Source of the DNA: a virus
DNA: 64,000 nt
IMG/VR virus record: IMGVR_UViG_3300005253_000031
Coordinates: 26,883-90,882 of that record
Reading direction: 5' to 3' (one strand)
Position numbers and translations under genes: made by a program. Shown piece after piece: positions 1 through 8,813 of the stretch. Under the pieces are notes generated by a model that saw only the letters and a program-made list of their open reading frames with translations, ran no database searches and was not told the origin of the DNA. The first letter of the stretch is position 1. The number at the start of each line of letters is the position of its first letter.

Positions 1-2684
1 TATTTAGCACCAAACCCCGCACTTACCGCCGTCGACATCCATCCTACCTTGGCTTGTTTAAGTTCCCATTCAGCCTGGTCGCTGCGCTCTTCTGCGGCAA
101 TGAGAGTTAACTTCCAGTCTGTGATACCGAACGCCCTCAAAAGCTGCGGAAACAACTCCGTGTTGTATACGTCCTGGCTAGACATAGCCCCACGGGACAT
201 CCGTATAACCTGCTGACTTTCGTTGTTAAGCCCACCTACACCGGAGTCAAAGCCCATGAACAGGCCGGGAACCCCATACACTCCAGATACGGAGCGCTCT
301 AGGTACTCCTGTACTGGTAGGAACTGCAATTCATCTAGGCTGTAGGCAAATCGCACAAACTCCGTCTTGCCCTGACCCGTGTTACTGCTCACTGCCAACC
401 ATGGAATGTGGTGCGGGTTGTTCAGCGTCTCAGCCAGGATTTGCTCCTTGCGAATCTCCACATCTTCGGGGTTATCAGTAACCGTAGTGATAACACCCTG
501 AGGCATCTGTCGCTCAAAGAAGTAGTCATACAAATAACGATCCATGCCTATCAAAGACAACGCCTTCTCGTACACAGCTAAGACAGGAGAATAACCATAC
601 AATTCCGAGGGACTGAACTTACTATTCCCTGCAAAAACAGGATAACCCATACGTCTTACTAATAGTACACCGTTCGGAACCTCACAGCAATATACCTTAG
701 ATTCTGCCATATTTGGACTAAAGTCATCTCTATTATTAGAGTCTTCATGGCCCACGTTAATCGATAATTCAGTATGTAGATCAAAGTAGACACGTTGAGT
801 CGTTGAGTGAATTGTTTCGTGTTTATACTTACTTAAACGGGCCGAGTAACCCAGTTTAAGAGCAATTTCCTGAACATCATCAAGTAAACGATTCGATGAC
901 GAGACAAAATACCCCCGAACTCCGTTCTCGATATACTCTCTATTTCGTCCATGTATTTCTTTACCTTCAACGTCGCGTATCCAACATCCGTCAGCATTTA
1001 TCAACGCATCAAACAATATACGCAACTGTCGTTGAGATAAATTCTTGTATTCAAATGGAACAAATCGAGCTCGCGAATGTGAACTAACGCTTTTATCTTC
1101 CTTTTCAATTCCAAACGTCTCCAAAATATATGTTTTCAAGCGCTTATCGCGAATGTAAAACTTGGGGCCTGTTAGATTAACTGTAAAGGGCATTCGATCT
1201 AATAGGGCCTTAATTCGATGCCAAGTAGGTGTTCCCAACTTCTGGGAAATTATAATGGCATTCCCCGCTATGTGACTATTGGCCGAGCCTTCAGCAAGCC
1301 ACCACCCCAAGAACTCTAGCCAATCATCCATTGCAATTTCTATGTGGGGTAAATCATCATGTTTAGTACCTTGTGACTGGGGGATTCCAGGTAATATAAA
1401 CTTTTCAATTTCCTCACCATTCCAATCTGCCCCCAGTTTGAACGTTAACTTTTTGCGGTAAGCCTCCTTGGCTTGAATCAATTCATAGTCATCTGAGTCG
1501 TCTACCTTAACATAGAGGTTATGATTTGGTGTAACGTTCAAATCAAGCATATTACCTGCAACCTTAACACCTCCCTGTGCTGAGTACATGAACTCCGGCC
1601 CGTCGTACTCGAAATGACTTGTAGGCTTCTGCCACTCCATGACATCGGTCTTCTGATTCAAAGTCATGACCACATCGGTGTCGGAAACGTCTTTGAAATA
1701 CTGCCATCCGCGCTGTTTAGTCAATACCTGCGTTTGATCATCATAGCAGGCATGTATCACCTCACCCTGTACAATATAGAGGCTTTCCTTGTCCGTGCTA
1801 ATGCCTCCACTCTTAACCCCATATGCGCCGCTCATAGGCACGTACCTGAACATGACGGGGAACGTGGGATAACCATCAATCGGACAGCGTCCCTTCCAGT
1901 CATGCTCCCAGCCCTCATCAGCAGGTACTTCCAGCAGATTGTCTCGATGAGCCAGGCATACGTGATGCGCCATGCCGGGCCTGTTCTGAGAGTCGGCATC
2001 AAACTCCACGAACACTGGATCTAGTCTGTATAGTTGCTTTACCTGACGATATATGGTGGGTTTACCATCCTCGGATCCCAACGTGTACTCAGACGACAGA
2101 AACAGAAAGGCATCATCAACTATATTGAGATCATCCTCAAGAGTCTGCAATAGGCGAATAAAGGACTGTCCAAAGATATTTACCTTGGACATCAAGCGCT
2201 CGAACCTTACTCTCTGTGCGGGATCTGGAGTCTGCAATACTTCACTGCATCTCGGACACACTTCATTTTCATCCCGGTCATCCTTGAGGTCCTTCTGCGT
2301 GTAGTCAACCTCACACGAGGCACAGCGGTAAACGAAAGCCGGTAACCACTCCAATCCCCGCCTAAACACCTCTTGCTTTAGAGAAAGGATGGCAGTCTTG
2401 AGAGTGCTAAGGTTATGCGCCATTCCATACAGGTCGATGAGATTGAAGCGCTGAAATAACTGCTGACGTACACCCTTAAAGCCGATGTCCGGAACTCCAA
2501 CCATAGGGGCCGATGTCTTCAACGCCTTCTGAATTGTTTGCAATGCGTTAAAGTTATCGGTATCCCCGGCCGTCAAGCGTTGCTCTATTACCTTCAGAAA
2601 ACTCGCCGCTTTCGGATCCAGCGCTGCATAACTGCCCGCAGGTGCTCCTCTATTCTTACTAAACCACTTATTCCAAAAAGCCAT
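1..2684 (-). CDS. Portal protein (3'-truncated by window edge), containing an intein and Cys-rich inserts
   Basis: Not in the ORF track because it runs off the window. Translated by hand from ATG at 2684 (SD GAGGT): MAFWNKWFSK...LEDDLNIVDDAFL...LYRLDPVFV...EVIHA[intein]SKFSPSELYGYSPVLAVYEKAL. The EVIH...YGxSP motif is typical of HK97-type portals, and the gene lies downstream of TerL. Confidence 0.88.
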   Translation of the reverse strand, partial: MAFWNKWFSKNRGAPAGSYAALDPKAASFLKVIEQRLTAGDTDNFNALQTIQKALKTSAPMVGVPDIGFKGVRQQLFQRFNLIDLYGMAHNLSTLKTAILSLKQEVFRRGLEWLPAFVYRCASCEVDYTQKDLKDDRDENEVCPRCSEVLQTPDPAQRVRFERLMSKVNIFGQSFIRLLQTLEDDLNIVDDAFLFLSSEYTLGSEDGKPTIYRQVKQLYRLDPVFVEFDADSQNRPGMAHHVCLAHRDNLLEVPADEGWEHDWKGRCPIDGYPTFPVMFRYVPMSGAYGVKSGGISTDKESLYIVQGEVIHACYDDQTQVLTKQRGWQYFKDVSDTDVVMTLNQKTDVMEWQKPTSHFEYDGPEFMYSAQGGVKVAGNMLDLNVTPNHNLYVKVDDSDDYELIQAKEAYRKKLTFKLGADWNGEEIEKFILPGIPQSQGTKHDDLPHIEIAMDDWLEFLGWWLAEGSANSHIAGNAIIISQKLGTPTWHRIKALLDRMPFTVNLTGPKFYIRDKRLKTYILETFGIEKEDKSVSSHSRARFVPFEYKNLSQRQLRILFDALINADGCWIRDVEGKEIHGRNREYIENGVRGYFVSSSNRLLDDVQEIALKLGYSARLSKYKHETIHSTTQRVYFDLHTELSINVGHEDSNNRDDFSPNMAESKVYCCEVPNGVLLVRRMGYPVFAGNSKFSPSELYGYSPVLAVYEKALSLIGMDRYLYDYFFERQMPQGVITTVTDNPEDVEIRKEQILAETLNNPHHIPWLAVSSNTGQGKTEFVRFAYSLDELQFLPVQEYLERSVSGVYGVPGLFMGFDSGVGGLNNESQQVIRMSRGAMSSQDVYNTELFPQLLRAFGITDWKLTLIAAEERSDQAEWELKQAKVGWMSTAVSAGFGAK
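624..1748 (-). mobile_element. Intein (375 aa) with LAGLIDADG homing endonuclease in the portal gene
   Basis: Starts CYDDQTQVLTKQRGWQYFKDV (block A) and ends VRRMGYPVFAGN, followed by Ser +1. Internal LAGLIDADG-like helices FLGWWLAEGS and FDALINADG. Length 1125 nt, in frame. Confidence 0.9.
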
Positions 2685-2688
2685 TATA

Positions 2689-3162
2689 TTACCTCATGTC
2701 CCTATTAAAATTCTCAAACAATATGTCGGCCTCCGGATCAACGGTTTCTCCCCACCAACACCATTGACAGAAAATTTGGGCAAATGCCTCATGCCCATTC
2801 GTCGTCGCATATTCATCAATCGGTATGAAATCAAAATCAAATCCGACCATCTCATGAAGCGCGTGTCCCAATTCATGAACTATATCTAAGGGCGTTAAAT
2901 CAACCACAGGTTCCGGCAATACAATTGTTGTTCGTCGAAGAGATTTTGGTAATCTATTCTGGTTATGTGCATAGGAACAATGAGCAGTATTTCTATAACT
3001 GCGTCCGTCTTTTATGTTTTCGATCGTCCCCAACCCAGCAAAAAGAGGTTCACTTCCAGTAAAAAAGTCTATGTCTTTAAGTCGAAAACGAACGTTCATT
3101 GGAATCTTTACATATCCCGCTTCGATTAAAGAGCTATACGCATTGTTGGTTATTCGTTTCAC
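2689..3162 (-). CDS. Zincin-like metallopeptidase (HExxH)
   Basis: IVHELGHALH motif and downstream YATTNGHEAFAQ third-ligand motif. Confidence 0.65.
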   Translation of the reverse strand: MKRITNNAYSSLIEAGYVKIPMNVRFRLKDIDFFTGSEPLFAGLGTIENIKDGRSYRNTAHCSYAHNQNRLPKSLRRTTIVLPEPVVDLTPLDIVHELGHALHEMVGFDFDFIPIDEYATTNGHEAFAQIFCQWCWWGETVDPEADILFENFNRDMR

Positions 3163-3165
3163 TTT

Positions 3166-3531
3166 TCATACCCTTTTAGCTAGTATGTCTTCCGATCCCG
3201 GCATCAGCAGAGTCTCTCCGTTAAAGCGCCATCGGCTCCCTTGCCACTCCGAAAAAATCACTTCGTCCCCCACGCTTACCCCCAACTTCTCTCCGGTCTT
3301 GGGATGAATGGCTCTAATGAATCCATAGGTGGTATTGCTCGTAAGAGGTCTTGCAATGGCTAATCCCGACTCGGTGGTGCTCGGTAGTTCTATTTCCTCC
3401 AGCAATACCCAATCCGGCAAGGGATGAATCTGCGCTGCGTCTGCGTCCACAGGAATAGGGGCCCAGTTGGGTCGCTCCCCCGCCCTACGCCTCTTTTTCT
3501 TCAGTGAGTTATAAGGTCTCCGGTTCATCAT
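3166..3531 (-). CDS. groES: GroES-like co-chaperonin, divergent copy with basic N-terminal extension
   Basis: IHPLPDWVLLE...TTESGLAI...VSVGDEVIFSEWQG...SEDILA matches the Cpn10 pattern. Start chosen at ATG 3531 behind GGAGG. Confidence 0.75.
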   Translation of the reverse strand: MMNRRPYNSLKKKRRRAGERPNWAPIPVDADAAQIHPLPDWVLLEEIELPSTTESGLAIARPLTSNTTYGFIRAIHPKTGEKLGVSVGDEVIFSEWQGSRWRFNGETLLMPGSEDILAKRV

Positions 3532-3856
3532 CGTTTTGCTTCCTCCGTTTAATCGCTCGGGCCTCAGCATCTTCATACCCGGATACGTCATCACTTAGTT
3601 CTCTATTACGATGTCGTAGACGGGCCGCTTGTAGTCGAGCCTTGTTCTCATCAGCTTCCATCTTCAACTTCCTGAAAACGGGCACCTCCGCCTCGATCTT
3701 ATGTTCAGACACTCTCTCCGAGCGTAATGCCTCAGCGAACTCCTCCTCTGTCATTGAGAGGAAATCCTTTCGAAACGCAACGGGATTCAATGTTGCACGT
3801 CGCTGTTGCAACGCTTGGAATCCCTTACCCGGCGGCTCACGTCTCCAGTTGTTCAT
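3509..3856 (-). CDS. Hypothetical protein
   Basis: ORF tiles with neighbours on the coding strand. Confidence 0.5.
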   Translation of the reverse strand: MNNWRREPPGKGFQALQQRRATLNPVAFRKDFLSMTEEEFAEALRSERVSEHKIEAEVPVFRKLKMEADENKARLQAARLRHRNRELSDDVSGYEDAEARAIKRRKQNDDEPETL

Positions 3857-3858
3857 AA

Positions 3859-4101
3859 CTAGAACGTCTCCAGAAGATCTTCGTAAAACTCAAGCATGGC
3901 CTCACAACTCGCTACGGCGTCCTCAACCATATTGGGAGGAAAGCCCTTTGCTCCCATCTCCCGAATAACCTTCTTACGCATCTCCTCATACCATCCCACG
4001 CGTTCCTCTATAAAACGTCGAGTCTGCCTCGCCCCTCTAACTGCCTCTAAGGGTACGTTCAAATACAGTGAATTCATTGATTGCCTCCAAGTTGTCTCCA
4101 A
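3859..4101 (-). CDS. Hypothetical protein
   Basis: ORF tiles between TerL and the next gene; true start may be the second Met. Confidence 0.5.
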   Translation of the reverse strand: METTWRQSMNSLYLNVPLEAVRGARQTRRFIEERVGWYEEMRKKVIREMGAKGFPPNMVEDAVASCEAMLEFYEDLLETF

Positions 4102-5621
4102 ATAGTATCCCTGGGGCTCTCCTGTCGTTGATTCTTCATAAGACTAGAGCGTGGATCCGCGCTTCCAATGTCCACCAAGACGGGTCCATCGTCAGCGGCT
4201 TTCACCGCTAGTGCATTGGACCAGAAAGCGTCTCCATGTCCATCTGGGGTTTCGTCCGCCTTAAGGTCCTTACGAACCATGACAATACTTCTAATCTGTC
4301 GCTCATCCCCCAACAATAAGATCCCTTTCTCATGGCTCTCAGCAAATACCCGCTTTTCCAGCTTCACTGCTATGTCCGCCTTGAGCTTGTTAGTAAAGGT
4401 CCGCCCTCGCCAACGCTTACTAAGACCTCGATCGTCCAACTCATTACGTGTGTTATCGTAATATCCGCGGGTTAGCTGAAACTTAATGGCCAACGCATTC
4501 AGAATTTTCACTTGCTGTACATAGTTAGTGTTATCCAGGAACCTTTGGTACAACTGTATGAGAGTGCCAGACGGCATCTCCAAGAATATTGATACGTGGC
4601 TTGGGTGAACCATTTTTCCTATGTCCATCCCCGCATAGGTGCCTAACTTATCTAGATTTACGAAGTTCTTTCCAACGGGCCATGGACTCAGTTGAGGATC
4701 CACGGCCAACAGCACGTCCTCACGGGTTAGGAACTGGTCCGTTACCGTTATGGGTGTTAGCTGATACTCAACCTCAAAAGCTGTCTCTCCAATGTTTTTT
4801 CGAATTCTCGTAAGTCGTTCAAAATCAAACTTCTCCGGCCACTGAGTTTTCTGTTTTACCCAGTCGCTGATGGCGGGATATATCAACCACATCCAATCCT
4901 CGTTTGCAGCCAACTGGTACAGTATGTCGTCATAGGCTTGCGGAGTTCCCACCAACCACAATATATCATCGGGGTTAGAAGGCAACGACATGATGGTCTG
5001 ACGGAAGATCCTGTTAATCAGCCTCAACTCCGTGCTCGCCAACGGATTAGAAAAATCAGATAAAATATCATCACATATCACAAACTTCGGATGTCGTCCA
5101 CGTGTTGCGCTCTTAATTCCCGATCCCTTCAACGTAACCTCAGCAATCGGTCCATCGCCCCAGTCTACCAAAAAATCAATTATGTTCTCAGAAGTAGGTT
5201 TTAAGTCCCTCCAAAATCTACAATAGGGATTCGTCAAGATCAGACGCTTTAAGGCTGCTACCTTCTCATTTGCAAGCTCTGCCTTATAACTAAAGTAAAT
5301 CCCATCTACCAACTCGTTGTCTGCGGCCTTGAACATCAGCCAAAATGGGCCGCCTTGCCCAATCACCGTAGTTTTCAAATGCGCTCGTGGGGCTTGTAAG
5401 CACATGCGCGGATTAAACTGTGCCAATACGGCCCACTCTCTATGTATGTTTGAAAACTCAAAAGGCTCCCGCTGTCCCTCGTGCCCCGTAAAAGTTAAGC
5501 CTTCGAACGACTTGATAAAAATCGTCTCCAGAAACCACCAGAAAAACGACTTACCCAGCTGAATATTTAGCCGCTCCTCCTCGGTAAAGGGTTGCGGCGC
5601 TTCGTCCCTGTATTTGTTCAT
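4074..5621 (-). CDS. terL: Terminase large subunit
   Basis: Walker A-like APRAHLKTT, RGRHPKFVICDDIL Walker B, LVGTP coupling motif, nuclease AGMDIG and GHGDAFWSNALA. Confidence 0.92.
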   Translation of the reverse strand: MNKYRDEAPQPFTEEERLNIQLGKSFFWWFLETIFIKSFEGLTFTGHEGQREPFEFSNIHREWAVLAQFNPRMCLQAPRAHLKTTVIGQGGPFWLMFKAADNELVDGIYFSYKAELANEKVAALKRLILTNPYCRFWRDLKPTSENIIDFLVDWGDGPIAEVTLKGSGIKSATRGRHPKFVICDDILSDFSNPLASTELRLINRIFRQTIMSLPSNPDDILWLVGTPQAYDDILYQLAANEDWMWLIYPAISDWVKQKTQWPEKFDFERLTRIRKNIGETAFEVEYQLTPITVTDQFLTREDVLLAVDPQLSPWPVGKNFVNLDKLGTYAGMDIGKMVHPSHVSIFLEMPSGTLIQLYQRFLDNTNYVQQVKILNALAIKFQLTRGYYDNTRNELDDRGLSKRWRGRTFTNKLKADIAVKLEKRVFAESHEKGILLLGDERQIRSIVMVRKDLKADETPDGHGDAFWSNALAVKAADDGPVLVDIGSADPRSSLMKNQRQESPRDTIWRQLGGNQ

Positions 5622-6298
5622 ACATCTTCTTCGAGCAGGTCCTCCTCCATACTAGGCAAAACTCGGTGGTTGCCCCGGACCTCCTCTTTATGTCTCGTGT
5701 CTATGTCCACCACCAACTGTTTAGTGGTTGCGGCTACCTTATCTACGATGTTCTCCATCCAGTTGCCGGAGCCTTCAACGACAACCCCGGTATCGTTCTC
5801 CTTAGATCCGCCGGAGAAGATGTTAACCGCGAAAGTTTCTCCCTGTACGCTCTTAAGCATTTCCATCATGCGGAAGTTAAATCCCATCAACTCATTCCAA
5901 AGCATGTCCATCCGCGTGTAGTCTTGCTCGTTAAACTCTATGCTAGGATCTTCAGACTCAACCTGCTTGTCTATCTCTGACTGCTTCTGTCGCTCTACCA
6001 ACGACAACCACTCAACGAAGCGTATGTTATAGGCCATAATTGACAGCTTCATAACATCTTGCACCTCGGAAGTGTTGCTGTCAATTGACTCTCGCAGGAA
6101 CTTGTTAACTCTCTCGGGAAGAAGCTCCAGGGAATACTCCCTCATTAACGTAGTGCGAATAGTTTTCCAGTCAACCTCTTCCCCCGTTAACTCCAGGTAA
6201 CGCTCAGGCATATCTCGCCAGGGAACTTGCTCCGTAACGCGTATGTCCATCAACGCTTCGAGAAGGACTGGATCAGTTATCTTTCGAGGAGCAGCCAT
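5618..6298 (-). CDS. Hypothetical protein, possible terminase small subunit
   Basis: Directly upstream of and overlapping TerL; helical N-terminus; position-based guess. Confidence 0.35.
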   Translation of the reverse strand: MAAPRKITDPVLLEALMDIRVTEQVPWRDMPERYLELTGEEVDWKTIRTTLMREYSLELLPERVNKFLRESIDSNTSEVQDVMKLSIMAYNIRFVEWLSLVERQKQSEIDKQVESEDPSIEFNEQDYTRMDMLWNELMGFNFRMMEMLKSVQGETFAVNIFSGGSKENDTGVVVEGSGNWMENIVDKVAATTKQLVVDIDTRHKEEVRGNHRVLPSMEEDLLEEDV

Positions 6299-6900
6299 CA
6301 GTATATCTCCACCGTGCCCAGCTTGGCTCGCGTTAAAACTAGATCGAAAATGGTCTTTTCGTACGTTGGGCCACTTCTCTTAACCTTCTTCAACGTGCCC
6401 TTGGACAGTCCCATGAGCCACCAAACCCCGGTCGAATAGGACAGCAAGTCCCGCCAGGTCGAGAACTCCTCATTGCAGAGGGTAGCAAGCAATACGTCAA
6501 CATAACTCTCCAGAAACCTCTCATCGATCGCTGGATAAGCCTGCTTCTCAACCATTAACTCAACCTGCTTCTCAATCAAGGTACCTGCCCACTGAGCAAC
6601 ATTTGGAGAATACAAATTGGTCACACAAACCGCCCCCTTGGTGAAGGAATCTAAGCGCATTACCTCATCATTGCGTGAGAAAACACCTTCGTAAATCGGA
6701 ATTGCTCCGGGAGACAAATAGGAAAACATCTCATCAACAAAGGGAGCCTCAGGCCCTACTTCGAAAAGCTCCAATTGCTCATCATGGTCTCTAACAGAGG
6801 GCAGAAACGCGTAAAGCCAATTAGCTTCAAAGGGTTCTACCCGAGCATTAATAATAGTCTGCGCTTTCTCCAGTAACAGATCTCGGTTTAACGTCTTCAT
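6298..6900 (-). CDS. Hypothetical protein
   Basis: ATG at 6900 with purine-rich SD; tiles with neighbours. Confidence 0.5.
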   Translation of the reverse strand: MKTLNRDLLLEKAQTIINARVEPFEANWLYAFLPSVRDHDEQLELFEVGPEAPFVDEMFSYLSPGAIPIYEGVFSRNDEVMRLDSFTKGAVCVTNLYSPNVAQWAGTLIEKQVELMVEKQAYPAIDERFLESYVDVLLATLCNEEFSTWRDLLSYSTGVWWLMGLSKGTLKKVKRSGPTYEKTIFDLVLTRAKLGTVEIY

Positions 6901-6913
6901 AGCTTCTCTCCCC

Positions 6914-7456
6914 TTAGTTGAATCCCGTAGGCATTTTGACGTTTCTCTCCGCTCTTCGACCCGCTTCCTCAAAACCCCGAGTCACAGCACTTCCGTATCC
7001 AGACGCCAAAGCGTTGGCCAAGGCTTGCGGATCTTCCTTTATTCCTTCATGCGCCTGTGTTACCACCTGTGCAGAAGTTCGGCTATCTTTCTCTTCTGAA
7101 GTAACGTTAGTTACGGGAACTTCCTCGTCGTCCTCAGGTTCGGGCCTCAGATTCCCAGAAGACTCGGGGATCACGGGATTTACCACAGTCATTCCAGGTG
7201 TAGCCGCTGCCGTTTCTCCCGCGTGCAATAACGCATCTACTTCTATGTTGAGACCCCTATCGGCCAACTCACGCTGCATGGCCAACAGAGATATGCGCTT
7301 CTCCTCCCATGTTTTCCGGAGACTCTTAAACTCCTCGAGGTCCGACATAAACTCCCCAACGATCTCAGTAATAGGCTTCTCCACCACTACGCGAACACCC
7401 TCAAGGTCAGCCAGTACGTCTTCGGCTTCTGTTAGTTCATCCTTATTCTCGTTCAT
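6914..7456 (-). CDS. Hypothetical acidic coiled-coil protein
   Basis: ORF track; GGAGG SD upstream. Confidence 0.5.
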   Translation of the reverse strand: MNENKDELTEAEDVLADLEGVRVVVEKPITEIVGEFMSDLEEFKSLRKTWEEKRISLLAMQRELADRGLNIEVDALLHAGETAAATPGMTVVNPVIPESSGNLRPEPEDDEEVPVTNVTSEEKDSRTSAQVVTQAHEGIKEDPQALANALASGYGSAVTRGFEEAGRRAERNVKMPTGFN

Positions 7457-7598
7457 CTATTTCCTCCATTTCCAGCAACTCTGGGTTGACGTCTTCAGAC
7501 AATATCTCCTCCCCGTCTAATGCTCCACACATTAAACAACGGATCTCATTATCGTCATCAATTACCCACTGGTGCTCGTGTTCTTCATCATTCCACAT
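7443..7598 (-). CDS. Small acidic protein with HxHxW...CxxC putative Zn site (51 aa)
   Basis: Hand translation MWNDEEHEHQWVIDDDNEIRCLMCGALDGEE...; fills the gap between ORFs. Confidence 0.5.
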   Translation of the reverse strand: MWNDEEHEHQWVIDDDNEIRCLMCGALDGEEILSEDVNPELLEMEEIDERE

Positions 7599-7869
7599 TT
7601 CGCTCTGCTATCACCTTCATAAGTGGACACACGGATGCGTCATTTACATTGCTAGCATCGGGAGAACTCCTACAGGGGCATGACGCGCACACATCTGTTG
7701 GAAACCGATTACAGTTCCCCGCACAGCCTTTGAGGTATAGCGGACAGGTATCACACTGATTATTGCAGATTATCAACTTGAGAAGCTTCTGTGCCGGTTT
7801 AGTTAGCTTCTCAGGAGGAATATCTCTGATCCGCTCAGTAAGTAGCGCTCCCGCTAGTCCTCGACTCAT
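7588..7869 (-). CDS. Cysteine-rich small protein (metal- or Fe-S-binding candidate)
   Basis: CNNQCDTCPLYLKGCAGNCNRFPTDVCASCPC...VCP. Confidence 0.55.
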   Translation of the reverse strand: MSRGLAGALLTERIRDIPPEKLTKPAQKLLKLIICNNQCDTCPLYLKGCAGNCNRFPTDVCASCPCRSSPDASNVNDASVCPLMKVIAERNVE

Positions 7870-7904
7870 TTATATTGTACTCCCTTAAATGTTAAGTGTA
7901 CACC

Positions 7905-8180
7905 TTATCGATCGATAACAGCCAAAACGACCTCTTCATCGACGATACGATACTGTTCCTGGCCTATTTCAACACCGTCGCCGGCAAACAGACTCACCAA
8001 AATCAAATCCCCTAGTTTGACATTTTCAACGTCGGAACCAACAGCCACCACGTCGGCCTTGTGGGTATCTCCTGGAGCATTGCTGCCGGGCAATACAAGC
8101 CCGCTTTTAAGCTCCTGCTCCTCAATCTTCTGTACCTGAATCAGTATCCTACTTCCAAGGGGTTTAACACCTATGCTCAT
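7905..8180 (-). CDS. groES: GroES co-chaperonin (canonical copy)
   Basis: VKPLGSRILIQ...KSGLVLPG...VVAVG...VKLGDLILV...FAG...IVDEEVVLAVI. Confidence 0.92.
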   Translation of the reverse strand: MSIGVKPLGSRILIQVQKIEEQELKSGLVLPGSNAPGDTHKADVVAVGSDVENVKLGDLILVSLFAGDGVEIGQEQYRIVDEEVVLAVIDR

Positions 8181-8268
8181 CTTCGTCTCCTTTCACACCC
8201 ATGATGTCACAATATGCTGTAGTATGTTGCGGACTGCCACACATCCCGCATCGCTTACGCTCGGACAT
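8164..8268 (-). CDS. 34-aa CCHC zinc-knuckle microprotein
   Basis: Hand translation MSERKRCGMCGSPQHTTAYCDIMGVKGDEDEHRC; C-x2-C-x4-H-x4-C; SD GGAGGT 8 nt upstream. Confidence 0.6.
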   Translation of the reverse strand: MSERKRCGMCGSPQHTTAYCDIMGVKGDEDEHRC

Positions 8269-8293
8269 TAACAATAACCTCCCTACGTTTCCT

Positions 8294-8800
8294 TTACATA
8301 TGGCTTTCAAGTTTGCGAGCTGATGCCCGTCTAATTTGCTCATCCCTCAAGGACCACACCTGAATCTCAAGTCCCTTAGTAAGTCCCTCCAGAGTTTGAA
8401 TCTCCTGACCCAATTTAATACGCTGGGTAAACAATATTGCCATGTCTGAGTCCGTGGTCAAAATCTCTCCCCGTAACACATCCTTAGCAGGCGTCTTCCC
8501 GTCAAAGGTCTTACCCAGGGCGTATATGCGCTCCGCAACGTTTACTTCGAACACCTCGTCTAGCGCGGCGTATTCAGCTTTCTTAAACGCCACAGAGGTA
8601 GTAGCAAAGGCATACCACGCGTTAAATCTCGCACATAAGTTGGCCAACGGAATATCGTTCACTCCCGCTATGTCCGTGGGATATACCATCTCGGACAACG
8701 CTATATTGGGCTTCTTCGGAATCGGGAAGCCTTTATCCACTAAGACCTTCCGGGCCTCATCTACCGCGGCTCTCCAGTCAAAGCTATTAACCAAAGACAT
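8294..8800 (-). CDS. Helical hypothetical protein, possibly a recombination mediator (UvsY-like)
   Basis: Start MSLVNSFDW at 8800; coiled-coil character; position in the RecA/nuclease block. Confidence 0.35.
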   Translation of the reverse strand: MSLVNSFDWRAAVDEARKVLVDKGFPIPKKPNIALSEMVYPTDIAGVNDIPLANLCARFNAWYAFATTSVAFKKAEYAALDEVFEVNVAERIYALGKTFDGKTPAKDVLRGEILTTDSDMAILFTQRIKLGQEIQTLEGLTKGLEIQVWSLRDEQIRRASARKLESHM

Positions 8801-8813
8801 CAAACACCTCTTT

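Noticed and set aside
896-2304. Plus-strand ORFs in the first 2.3 kb
   Set aside because: They lie opposite the portal/intein reading frame, which explains the region
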